This document shows positions 1 through 8,388 of a stretch of DNA of 34,558 nt, piece by piece. Position 1 is the stretch's first letter; each line of letters starts with the position of its first letter. The position numbers and the translations under genes are program-made. The DNA is taken from the IMG/VR virus record IMGVR_UViG_2585427767_000007. One strand, written 5' to 3'. Under the pieces are notes generated by a model. The model had not been told where the DNA came from. It was given only the letters and a program-made list of their open reading frames with translations, and did no database searches. The DNA is from a virus (lineage: Duplodnaviria; Heunggongvirae; Uroviricota; Caudoviricetes; Peduoviridae).

Positions 1-981
1 TTATAACGTCACTCCGCCTTTTAGTGGATTCAGAGCGACGGCATTTTGCAGATAGTCAGGCGCAAGGTGCGCATAGGCCATCGTCTGCTGAATGCTCGCA
101 TGTCCCAGAATCTGTTGCAGTGCGATTATATTGCCCCCATTCATCATGAAATGGCTTGCGAATGTATGCCGCAGGATGTGGGTTGCCTGATTGGGTGGTA
201 TATCAGGTTTCACTCTGCGTAAAATCCCGCAAAATTTCTCATAATCAACTTTGAATAATTTGGCGCTGGCCTCCTCTTTAACTTTTTTCTCCAGTTCCTC
301 AGAAATCGGCACGGTTCGCTTTTTACCGTTTTTGGTTTTCAGGAAGGTAACCCTGCAATTTGTAATCTGTGCTGGTTTTAGCGTGGCAACTTCCGTCCAT
401 CTTCCTCCAGTGCTCAGACATAAAAGCGCGACAAGTAAGTCATCACCAGCCAAAACATTTAACAGTTTTTCGATTTCTGCTTTTTCCAGGAACGTCATTT
501 CAGGGTTGGCCTCCGCCAGTGGCGGCAGTCCGTGAATTGGGTGTTGCCCGGAAAATTCATCCAATTGAATTAATTTTGTGAACATGCCGGATAATCGGTA
601 CATGTCACGGTTTATCGTTGCGGCACTGATACCATCACGTAGTCGCATGGAACGATAATCCATCAAAGCCCTTTTGCTCATCCTGCTCACTGGTATATCA
701 CCTATGCCGCTGATGGTTTTGAGTAGATGATTAAACTCTTTTGTTCCATGCCCGTGGTTTTGCCCGTGATATTTCCACCAGATGTCCAGCAACTCACTCA
801 AAGTCCGGCGGTCTGCTCGCTGGCCTCCCCATTCTTTCTGACTGGCATTGGCGATTGTGTATCGCTCAAATGCTAGTGCTTCAGCTTTTCTTTCGAATTT
901 CCTGCGGATGCGTTTTCCGTCGCGACCGCGAGGTCTAATGTCCACTTCATAGCGACCATCATCGAGCTTCTTAATTGCCAT
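1..981 (-). CDS. int: Phage integrase, P2-type tyrosine recombinase
   Basis: Minus-strand ORF ending at window position 1. C-terminal HxxR...Y catalytic region (HILRHTFASHF...AYAHL) typical of tyrosine recombinases. N-terminus MAIKKLDDGRYEVD resembles remembered P2 Int; ATG at 979-981 has a GGAGGG Shine-Dalgarno 8 nt upstream. An alternative in-frame ATG at 1009-1011 would add 10 aa. Confidence 0.9.
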   Translation of the reverse strand: MAIKKLDDGRYEVDIRPRGRDGKRIRRKFERKAEALAFERYTIANASQKEWGGQRADRRTLSELLDIWWKYHGQNHGHGTKEFNHLLKTISGIGDIPVSRMSKRALMDYRSMRLRDGISAATINRDMYRLSGMFTKLIQLDEFSGQHPIHGLPPLAEANPEMTFLEKAEIEKLLNVLAGDDLLVALLCLSTGGRWTEVATLKPAQITNCRVTFLKTKNGKKRTVPISEELEKKVKEEASAKLFKVDYEKFCGILRRVKPDIPPNQATHILRHTFASHFMMNGGNIIALQQILGHASIQQTMAYAHLAPDYLQNAVALNPLKGGVTL

Positions 982-1050
982 AAGAAAGCCCTCCGGCGCT
1001 GTATTCACCATCTTGGTAGCAAATGGTGAAAATGTAATCTTTATATAGAG

Positions 1051-1344
1051 TTAGCCAATCCTTTTCTCGGAGTGGTTGGACTCTGTTGACTCTGGCCCAA
1101 TGTGCGCGAGAGCCGGTGCGATTTGTCCTGCGTCCGGCGCGGTTTTATCTGTCATAAGCCATAGAGCATATTTTTGGAATGTGGGATGCATAGTGATTTT
1201 TAGCAAAGCTGTGCCACCGGGTTCAAAGTTTCCTCCTTCATATTTTTTAAGTGTGCTTAGCGGTAACTCTATGATTTCACAGAATTTTGATTGGCTTAGC
1301 CCTTCAGCCTCACGCAAGGCCTTAATCTTTTCGCTTAATTTCAT
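1051..1344 (-). CDS. C: Immunity repressor, P2 C-like HTH protein
   Basis: 97-aa ORF next to and co-oriented with int. N-terminal helix-turn-helix-like segment (LSQSKFCEIIELPLSTLKKYEGG); C-terminal ...QIAPALAH resembles remembered P2 C. ATG verified at 1342-1344. Confidence 0.8.
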   Translation of the reverse strand: MKLSEKIKALREAEGLSQSKFCEIIELPLSTLKKYEGGNFEPGGTALLKITMHPTFQKYALWLMTDKTAPDAGQIAPALAHIGPESTESNHSEKRIG

Positions 1345-1465
1345 TTGACATGGTGCCTATATAGGGACTAAATTCCCTCAAAACTGGAACCTATATAGGT
1401 TCCATTGATTTGAGAATAAACCAGCGTCTAAACGGTTTTGAGTGGTTTAGAAAGGGCTGGATCCT
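1345..1465. promoter_or_regulatory. Early control region between C and cox with candidate rightward promoter and two palindromic operators
   Basis: TTGACA at 1345-1350. CCTATATAGG occurs twice (1356-1365 and 1390-1399); the second lies inside a perfect 18-bp palindrome GGAACCTATATAGGTTCC (1386-1403). Position corresponds to the P2/186 face-to-face Pe/Pc switch region. Confidence 0.5.
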
Positions 1466-1753
1466 ATGAGGGTACCATATATGGACGCTGAAAATTATGT
1501 GATTCAGTATCCGCTTGATGCGGTTCATGTGGATAAATTTGCTGATTTATTAGGGAAGCCAAAGACAGCCGTCAGTGAAATGGTGAAGGCAAATAAATTA
1601 CCAATTATTGAATTGCGTGATCCTTGCAAACCGAAGGCTCGTGCCGGTGAAAAATGGGTTTTCATTCCTGAGTTTAATCGCGCTGTACGTGAGGCGTTTT
1701 ATAACCGACCGGTTGAACAGCGTGATGCATGGCTTTTGTGGATGGGGTTGTGA
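1466..1753 (+). CDS. cox: Cox-like excisionase/early repressor
   Basis: First gene transcribed rightward, diverging from C. Small basic protein; C-terminal ...RDAWLLWMGL resembles remembered P2 Cox. Start may instead be the ATG at 1481, which has a GAGGG Shine-Dalgarno. Confidence 0.7.
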   Translation: MRVPYMDAENYVIQYPLDAVHVDKFADLLGKPKTAVSEMVKANKLPIIELRDPCKPKARAGEKWVFIPEFNRAVREAFYNRPVEQRDAWLLWMGL

Positions 1754-1755
1754 TT

Positions 1756-1926
1756 ATGAATGAGCCGCGTTGTATTGCTCAGTTACTGCGTAACGAAAGC
1801 CCAAGGGCGATTGACTTCACCATCACCCACGGGAAGGGTCGCAAGGGAATCATTATCCGCACCAAAAAACAGAGTCCGTTAAAAAAGGCTCTGACCTTTC
1901 TGAAAAGCCGGAGGGTCTGGAAATGA
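1756..1926 (+). CDS. Small basic hypothetical early protein (56 aa)
   Basis: ORF between cox and the next early gene; ATG at 1756 is 2 nt after the cox stop. Start is uncertain (the track ORF starts at the in-frame ATG at 1729, inside cox). No recognisable motif. Confidence 0.4.
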   Translation: MNEPRCIAQLLRNESPRAIDFTITHGKGRKGIIIRTKKQSPLKKALTFLKSRRVWK

Positions 1927-2423
1927 CAGTGATGACGCTCAATCTCGTCGAAAAACAGCCAGCAACTATGCGCCGGATAATTGGTAAGCATCTGGCCGTC
2001 CCTCGCTGGCAGGATACATGTGATTATTATAATCAGATGATGGAGCGCGAACGGTTAACGGTTTGCTTTCATGCGCAGTTAAAACAGCGTCACGCAACGA
2101 TGCGTTTTGAAGAAATGAACGACGTCGAACGTGAACGGCTGGTTTGTGCAATTGATGAATTGCGTGGGGCATTCTCAAAACGCCGTCAGGTCGGTGCAAG
2201 TGAGTATGCATATATTAGTTTTTTAACAGTCAGTCAGCGTCGTACTTTATTTATGCATGCCGGATTGACTGAAAAAGAATTCAACCAGCCATACTGGCGA
2301 ATTAATGAAGAGTCATGTTACTGGCGTGATGCTTTATTCCGTGCATTACGTGAATTATTCAGCCTGTTTGAGTATGCACCGACAATTCTGACGTCGGTAA
2401 AACCAGAGCAATATCTGCATTAA
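1923..2423 (+). CDS. Early-operon protein, 166 aa; position and size match P2 gpB (replication, helicase-loader-like)
   Basis: ATG at 1923 overlaps the upstream stop. Length equals remembered P2 gpB size. Assignment rests on synteny and size only. Confidence 0.55.
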   Translation: MTVMTLNLVEKQPATMRRIIGKHLAVPRWQDTCDYYNQMMERERLTVCFHAQLKQRHATMRFEEMNDVERERLVCAIDELRGAFSKRRQVGASEYAYISFLTVSQRRTLFMHAGLTEKEFNQPYWRINEESCYWRDALFRALRELFSLFEYAPTILTSVKPEQYLH

Positions 2424-2486
2424 GTAATTAACCAGAGTTTTTAACGCACTTAATTGTGCGGGGCTTCTTTTTGCCTGGAGAAAGTC

Positions 2487-2711
2487 ATGCATACAGTTTC
2501 TGAAAATCAGTGCGGTAAATACGCATTACTGCTGCAACAGGCCAGAACCGAAGCACAGGCCGACGCGGCGACGCGCTTTTCTTCTCATCTTGACGCCATG
2601 ATTCGCCACATCACAAAGGCGGAGTTATCCCGCGTGGAGATAGTCGAGCTGCTCAGTCAGGAGTCGGAAAAATTTCACAATATCGGATTGTCTCGCGGGG
2701 AGGGACTTTGA
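2487..2711 (+). CDS. Hypothetical early protein (74 aa)
   Basis: ATG at 2487 preceded by GGAGAAAG Shine-Dalgarno; stop overlaps the next start (ATGA-type coupling at 2709-2713). Confidence 0.55.
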   Translation: MHTVSENQCGKYALLLQQARTEAQADAATRFSSHLDAMIRHITKAELSRVEIVELLSQESEKFHNIGLSRGEGL

Positions 2712-3013
2712 TGTCCTGTTCTCATTCAGTTGTATTACTGAATAACGCCTTAAAAATCGCCGTTATGGAAAATGGTGATTTGTCTCTTATTCAACTTTGT
2801 CTTGATAAAGAAAAACGCGACATCACTGAATCTGTTATCGCGATTTATCAGAATGAATTAAACCTCCTGTCTGATGTGGTCAATTTACTTGTTAAACGCG
2901 CTGTATTCCACAAGCAAATTTCCTCAGTGGATGAACTGACGAAATTAACGACAGAAATCGCCAGTTATTGCGCTGATGAATTTAAGAAGCTGAACGACAA
3001 AAGGAGCTGGTAA
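2711..3013 (+). CDS. Hypothetical early protein (100 aa)
   Basis: In-frame ATG at 2711 (the track start at 2708 is TTG). Translationally coupled to flanking genes. Confidence 0.6.
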   Translation: MSCSHSVVLLNNALKIAVMENGDLSLIQLCLDKEKRDITESVIAIYQNELNLLSDVVNLLVKRAVFHKQISSVDELTKLTTEIASYCADEFKKLNDKRSW

Positions 3014-3237
3014 TGCCGGACAACGTAGATTTTATTCAGGAACAACAGGCTGAATTACTGGAGCGCCAGATTAACGCGGCAAGGGTAAAACATTGCGGTG
3101 TTTCTGCGCTGGTTTGCGAAGAGTGTGACGCGCCAATACCTGCTGCCCGTCGTGCGGCTTATCCGTCAGCCACGCGTTGTGTTTCCTGCCAGTCAGTCTT
3201 TGAAGCAAAAAACAAGCATTACCGGAGAACGGCATGA
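3013..3237 (+). CDS. TraR/DksA-family C4 zinc-finger protein
   Basis: AAGGAG Shine-Dalgarno before ATG 3013. Protein carries CxxC...CxxC (CEECDAPI...RCVSCQ), the four-cysteine signature of TraR/DksA-type zinc fingers. Confidence 0.75.
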   Translation: MPDNVDFIQEQQAELLERQINAARVKHCGVSALVCEECDAPIPAARRAAYPSATRCVSCQSVFEAKNKHYRRTA

Positions 3238-3512
3238 GTATTCGTATTGAAATTGGCGAACGTTATGTCGTTACCAGTGACAGCTTTCAGTTTATTCTCC
3301 ACGAGAAAAAGAGAGCGGAAAGCGGTAAAAACGCCGGTCAGGAATGGCTGGCGGTGGTTGGTTATTATCCGAAATTAAGCCAGCTCGTTTCCGGCCTGAT
3401 GCATCACGATATTCTGACCGGAAGCGCAAAATCTTTTGCCGATTTAAACACGCAGGTTGAGCAGCTCAGCAAGCGTTGTTCAGAGGCGTTCTCCAGAGGA
3501 GCGTCTGAATGA
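3234..3512 (+). CDS. Hypothetical early protein (92 aa)
   Basis: ATG 3234 with GGAGAAC upstream; stop overlaps the start of the next gene. Confidence 0.6.
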   Translation: MSIRIEIGERYVVTSDSFQFILHEKKRAESGKNAGQEWLAVVGYYPKLSQLVSGLMHHDILTGSAKSFADLNTQVEQLSKRCSEAFSRGASE

Positions 3513-4516
3513 TTACTGATGCTCGTTGCCATACTGAAAATACCATCAATGTTATTTTTGTTTCAGGTGGAAAGGACAGCCTTGCTCAGTGGCTTGTCGC
3601 TATTGAAGAAAATGTACCCATATTGCCGGTTTTTGCTGATACGGGACATGAACATCCACAGACAATGAAATATCTGGATTATCTGGAAAAACGGCTTGGC
3701 CCAATTAAAAGGGTCAGGGCTGATTTTTCCTGCCGGATTGAATCAAAGCGCAAGTTTATCCAGACCAAATGGCCTGATTTGTTGGTTAACGATTGTGGAA
3801 TGTCGGAAGAAGAAGCGCACCAGCGCATCAGTTGTGCGCTGGAAATTCTCAAACCAACGGGTATCCCGTTTCTTGATTTGTGTCTGTGGAAGGGGCGTTT
3901 CCCATCAACCAAAGCCAGATTTTGCACATTTGAACTGAAACATGAACCCGTGCGTTCTCAGGTAATCCTGCCTTTACTCAATGAATTTGAGGAAGTGATT
4001 AGCTGGCAGGGAGTGCGTGCTCAGGAATCGCCATCACGCGCAGCTTTACCTGTCTGGGAAGAGGATGCAGACAACACCCCCGGATTGCATGTATATCGCC
4101 CGATTTTGCACTGGAAGCATGAAGATGTATTTGCAATAGCCAGAAGACATGACATTAAGCCAAATCCGTTATATCTGCAGGGGTGTGGCCGTGTTGGTTG
4201 TATGCCATGTATTCATGTCCGTAAATCTGAACTGGCAGAAATTTTTCGCCGGTGGCCGGAGGAAATAAAGCGGGTTGCTGAATGGGAACGACTGGTTGCG
4301 TCGTGCTCCCGTCGGGGAAATTCCACTTTTTTCCCATCCACACATGATCCGTTACGCGCAGAACGTCGTATTGAGGTTGTAACAGTCGAGGCATACGGAA
4401 TTGAAACCTACCATGACTGGACAATGACAACGCGTGGGGGTACTCAGTTTGATTTACTGGCTTCGGCGAATGATAAAGCCGTTTGCAGTAGTGTCTATGC
4501 CGGTGTATGTGAATGA
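3509..4516 (+). CDS. PAPS-reductase-like PP-loop protein (phosphoadenosine phosphosulfate reductase family)
   Basis: N-terminal VIFVSGGKDS PP-loop (SGGxDS) motif and C-terminal cysteine cluster (GCGRVGCMPC). Translationally coupled to the downstream gpA gene (ATGA overlap at 4513-4516). Confidence 0.75.
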   Translation: MITDARCHTENTINVIFVSGGKDSLAQWLVAIEENVPILPVFADTGHEHPQTMKYLDYLEKRLGPIKRVRADFSCRIESKRKFIQTKWPDLLVNDCGMSEEEAHQRISCALEILKPTGIPFLDLCLWKGRFPSTKARFCTFELKHEPVRSQVILPLLNEFEEVISWQGVRAQESPSRAALPVWEEDADNTPGLHVYRPILHWKHEDVFAIARRHDIKPNPLYLQGCGRVGCMPCIHVRKSELAEIFRRWPEEIKRVAEWERLVASCSRRGNSTFFPSTHDPLRAERRIEVVTVEAYGIETYHDWTMTTRGGTQFDLLASANDKAVCSSVYAGVCE

Positions 4517-6804
4517 GTCATTCTTTCCAGGAGCAATACACCTGCGTACCTCCGTCTGCGTTTGCCGCAGGCACCGGTAAGGCGTTTACCGGTGCTTATG
4601 CATGGAATACGCCACGCGAGGCTGTCGGGCGCGAAAGACCCCTTACACGTGACGAGATGCGTCAGGTGCAAGGTGTTTTATCCACGATTAACCGCCTGCC
4701 TTACTTTTTGCGCTCGCTGTTTACTTCACGTTATGACTACATACGGCGCAATAAAAGCCCGCTACACGGGTTTTATTTCCTCACATCCACTTTTCAGCGT
4801 CGTTTATGGCCGCGCATTGAGCGTGTGAATCAGCGCCATGAAATGAACACCGACGCGTCGTTACTGTTTCTGGCAGAGCGTGACCACTATGCGCGCCTGC
4901 CGGGAATGAATGACAAGGAGCTGAAAAAGTTTGCTGCCCGTATCTCATCGCAGCTTTTCATGATGTATGAGGAACTCAGCGATGCCTGGGTGGATGCGCA
5001 TGGCGAAAAAGAATCGCTGTTTACGGATGAGGCGCAGGCTCACCTCTATGGTCATGTTGCTGGCGCTGCACGTGCTTTCAATGTTTCCCCTCTCTACTGG
5101 AAAAAATACCGTAAAGGGCAGATGACCACGAGGCAGGCATATTCTGCCATTGCCCGTCTGTTTAACGATGAGTGGTGGATTAGTCAGCTTAAAGGCCAGC
5201 GTATGCGCTGGCATGAGGCGTTACTGATTGCTGTCGGGGAGGTCAATAAAGACCGTTCTCCTTATGCCAGTAAACATGCCATTCGTGATGTGCGTGCACG
5301 CCGCCAGGCAAATCTGGAGTTTCTTAAATCGTGTGACCTTGAAAACAGGGAAACCGGCGAGCGCATCGACCTTATCAGTAAGGTGATGGGCAGTATTTCT
5401 AATCCTGAAATTCGCCGGATGGAGCTGATGAACACCATTGCCGGTATTGAGCGTTACGCTGCAGCAGAGGGTGATGTGGGGATGTTTATCACGCTGACCG
5501 CGCCGTCAAAGTATCACCCGACACGTCAGGTCGGAAAAGGCGAAAGTAAAACCGTCCAGCTAAATCACGGCTGGAACGATGAGGCATTTAATCCAAAGGA
5601 TGCGCAGCGTTATCTCTGCCGTATCTGGAGCCTGATGCGCACGGCATTCAAGGATAATGATTTACAGGTCTACGGTTTGCGTGTCGTCGAGCCACACCAC
5701 GACGGAACGCCGCACTGGCATATGATGCTTTTTTGTAATCCGCGCCAGCGTAACCAGATTATTGAAATCATGCGTCGCTATGCGCTCAAAGAGGATGGCG
5801 ACGAAAGAGGAGCCGCGCGAAACCGTTTTCAGGCAAAACACCTTAACCGGGGCGGTGCTGCGGGGTATATCGCGAAATACATCTCAAAAAACATCGACGG
5901 CTATGCACTGGATGGTCAGCTCGATAACGATACCGGCAGACCTCTGAAAGATACTGCCGCGGCTGTTACTGCATGGGCGTCAACGTGGCGCATCCCGCAA
6001 TTTAAAACGGTTGGTCTGCCGACAATGGGGGCTTACCGTGAACTACGCAAATTGCCGCGCGGCGTCAGCATTGCTGATGAGTTTGACGAGCGCGTCGAGG
6101 CTGCACGCGCCGCCGCAGACAGTGGTGATTTTGCGTTGTATATCAGCGCGCAGGGTGGGGCAAATGTCCCGCGCGATTGTCAGACTGTCAGGGTTGCCCG
6201 TAGCCCGTCGGATGAAGTTAACGAGTACGAGGAAGAAGTCGAGAGAGTGGTCGGCATTTACGCGCCGCATCTCGGCGCGCGTCATATTCATATCACCAGA
6301 ACGACGGACTGGCGCATTGTTCCGAAAGTTCCGGTCGTTGAGCCTTTGACTTTAAAAAGCGGCATCGCCGCGCCTCGGAGTCCTGTCAATAACTGTGGAA
6401 AACTCACCGGTGGTGATACTTCGTTACCGGCTCCCACACCTTCAGAGCACGCCGCAGCAGTGCTTAATCTGGTTGATGACGGTGTTATCGAATGGAATGA
6501 CCAGGAGGTCGTGAAGGCGCTAAGGGGCGCATTAAAACACGGACTGAGAACACCAAATCGTCAGCAAAGAGCCGGAAGCCCGTTAAAACCGCATGAAATA
6601 GCGCCATCGGCCAGAATGACCCGGTCGGAACGAATGCAAATTACCCGTATCCGCGTTGACCTTGCTCAGAACGGTATCAGGCCGCAGCGATGGGTGCTTG
6701 AGGCGCTGGCGCGTGGCGCGACCGTAAATTATGACGGGAAAAAATTCACGTATCCGGTCGCTGATGAGTGGCCGGGATTCTCAACAGTAATGGAGTGGAA
6801 ATGA
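4513..6804 (+). CDS. A: Rolling-circle replication initiation endonuclease gpA
   Basis: 763-aa ORF. HUH motif (PHWHMMLF) and downstream tyrosine pair region (YIAKYISKNIDGY) characteristic of P2 gpA-type relaxase/initiators. Size close to remembered P2 gpA. Confidence 0.9.
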   Translation: MSHSFQEQYTCVPPSAFAAGTGKAFTGAYAWNTPREAVGRERPLTRDEMRQVQGVLSTINRLPYFLRSLFTSRYDYIRRNKSPLHGFYFLTSTFQRRLWPRIERVNQRHEMNTDASLLFLAERDHYARLPGMNDKELKKFAARISSQLFMMYEELSDAWVDAHGEKESLFTDEAQAHLYGHVAGAARAFNVSPLYWKKYRKGQMTTRQAYSAIARLFNDEWWISQLKGQRMRWHEALLIAVGEVNKDRSPYASKHAIRDVRARRQANLEFLKSCDLENRETGERIDLISKVMGSISNPEIRRMELMNTIAGIERYAAAEGDVGMFITLTAPSKYHPTRQVGKGESKTVQLNHGWNDEAFNPKDAQRYLCRIWSLMRTAFKDNDLQVYGLRVVEPHHDGTPHWHMMLFCNPRQRNQIIEIMRRYALKEDGDERGAARNRFQAKHLNRGGAAGYIAKYISKNIDGYALDGQLDNDTGRPLKDTAAAVTAWASTWRIPQFKTVGLPTMGAYRELRKLPRGVSIADEFDERVEAARAAADSGDFALYISAQGGANVPRDCQTVRVARSPSDEVNEYEEEVERVVGIYAPHLGARHIHITRTTDWRIVPKVPVVEPLTLKSGIAAPRSPVNNCGKLTGGDTSLPAPTPSEHAAAVLNLVDDGVIEWNDQEVVKALRGALKHGLRTPNRQQRAGSPLKPHEIAPSARMTRSERMQITRIRVDLAQNGIRPQRWVLEALARGATVNYDGKKFTYPVADEWPGFSTVMEWK

Positions 6805-7043
6805 TGGCAAAAATTCACGAGGTAAAGCTGCACGCAAAATATTTCGACCTTGTGCTGGAAGGAAAGAAACGTGCGGAGTTTCGGAAAAATGACCGTAATT
6901 ATGAGTACGGAGACACGTTGATTTTGCATGAATGGGTTCAGGATGTGTATACGGGGCGAAAGGTTGAAGCCCGGATAACGGATGTTACGGACCTGTCAGA
7001 CTGGCTGGAGGATTATGTTTTGTTAAGTATTCAAGTGTGTTGA
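6801..7043 (+). CDS. Small ASCH/DUF3850-like protein (80 aa)
   Basis: ATG 6801 overlaps the gpA stop, with GGAG 5 nt upstream. Sequence (KIHEVKLHAKYFDLVLEGKKRAEFRKNDRNYEYGDTLILHEW) resembles the small beta-barrel ASCH-like family often found after gpA; family assignment is from memory. Confidence 0.55.
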   Translation: MMAKIHEVKLHAKYFDLVLEGKKRAEFRKNDRNYEYGDTLILHEWVQDVYTGRKVEARITDVTDLSDWLEDYVLLSIQVC

Positions 7044-7329
7044 AAATGTATGCGGTATGTATGGAAAACCGCACCATAACGAGAAAAATATCCAGTATGA
7101 ATCTGCTTAGATTAATAGATCGCAGAAGAGAGAAGAGGTATTGAGCCATGATGCCAATTTGTGAGATACCGAAGTGTTATGACAAAGATGCTTTTAATGT
7201 TACATTCCGTCATTACTCTTATTAATCATCTATTTCAATAGATTAGGATTAATCTGGCTATGTCATTGAAGATGCTCGATGTCTCGATATTTCTTAGCTA
7301 AAATAGGAGGCACTAAGGGAGAGGATGTT

Positions 7330-8388
7330 ATGTCTAAAATTTATGCTATTGACCTTTTTTGTGGTGCAGGTGGATTAACCCATGGTTTGATACAAGCAGG
7401 GATTGGTGTCATTGCTGGTATTGATTTAGATCCAGATTGCAGATGGGCGTATGAGCACAACAACAAAGCTAAATATATAAATTCAGATATTTGTGATGTA
7501 ACAGGTCAAGACCTTATGCGCTTGTGGCCAGAACAGGGAATAAGACTTCTTGCTGGTTGCGCCCCATGTCAGCCTTTTTCAAGTTATCGAAAAGGCAAGA
7601 TTGAATCTGCTGACGGCAAATGGAAACTCTTAGGTGAATTTGGACGGCTAGTCAAAGAATCTTCACCAGACTTGATAACCATGGAAAACGTACCAAGGTT
7701 ACAAAAGCATAAAATTTTCTTGGATTTTGTTAAAGACCTTAAGAAAGGTGGGTATAAGGTCTGGTATGGCGTCGTTGACTGTCAACAATATGGTGTGCCT
7801 CAGAAAAGGCAGCGATTAGTTTTACTGGCATCCAAGATCAGTGATGTTGTGTTGATTCCTCCAACACATTCAGAAGATAACTACGTAACAGTGAAAGATG
7901 CTATTTCTCATTTGCCAGAGATAGATTCAGGGCAAGCTGATGAGAAAGATCCATTACACGTTGCTCAGGGAATGAGCCAATTAAATCTCGAAAGGATTCG
8001 TCAATCAAAACCAGGTGGAACATGGAAGGATTGGGATCCTGAGTTGGTTGCTGCGTGCCATAAGAAAAGTAGTGGCAAAACTTACACAAGTGTATATGGA
8101 CGGATGAGATGGGATGAACCAGCTCCTACAATGACAACCCTATGTTTTGGTTTTGGTAATGGACGTTTTGGGCATCCTCAACAGGATAGGGCCATTTCTT
8201 TACGTGAGGCAGCTATCTTTCAAAGTTTTCCGGAGAACTATGTTTTTTCTGAACCAGGTGCAAAGATCACATTTGCAACAGTTGGTCGCTTGATTGGTAA
8301 TGCCGTTCCGGTAAAACTAGGTGAAGTTGTAGGAAAATCATTTATTAATAGTCTATCTGGGGGTAGTAGGAGAAATGGCGGAGCATAG
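7330..8388 (+). CDS. DNA (cytosine-5)-methyltransferase, Dcm-type
   Basis: Canonical C5-MTase motifs in canonical order: motif I FCGAGG (IDLFCGAGGLTHGL), motif IV PCQPFS (catalytic Cys), motif VI ENV, motif VIII QKRQR, motif X GNAV. ATG 7330 with GGGAGAGG Shine-Dalgarno; the track start at 7279 is a longer upstream extension. Lower GC than the phage backbone. Confidence 0.9.
   Translation: MSKIYAIDLFCGAGGLTHGLIQAGIGVIAGIDLDPDCRWAYEHNNKAKYINSDICDVTGQDLMRLWPEQGIRLLAGCAPCQPFSSYRKGKIESADGKWKLLGEFGRLVKESSPDLITMENVPRLQKHKIFLDFVKDLKKGGYKVWYGVVDCQQYGVPQKRQRLVLLASKISDVVLIPPTHSEDNYVTVKDAISHLPEIDSGQADEKDPLHVAQGMSQLNLERIRQSKPGGTWKDWDPELVAACHKKSSGKTYTSVYGRMRWDEPAPTMTTLCFGFGNGRFGHPQQDRAISLREAAIFQSFPENYVFSEPGAKITFATVGRLIGNAVPVKLGEVVGKSFINSLSGGSRRNGGA

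Noticed and set aside
7149-7226. Possible 25-aa ORF (MMPICEIPKCYDKDAFNVTFRHYSY) in the intergenic region upstream of the methyltransferase
   Set aside because: Too short to support from sequence alone and it overlaps the candidate promoter; it remains only a possible leader peptide.
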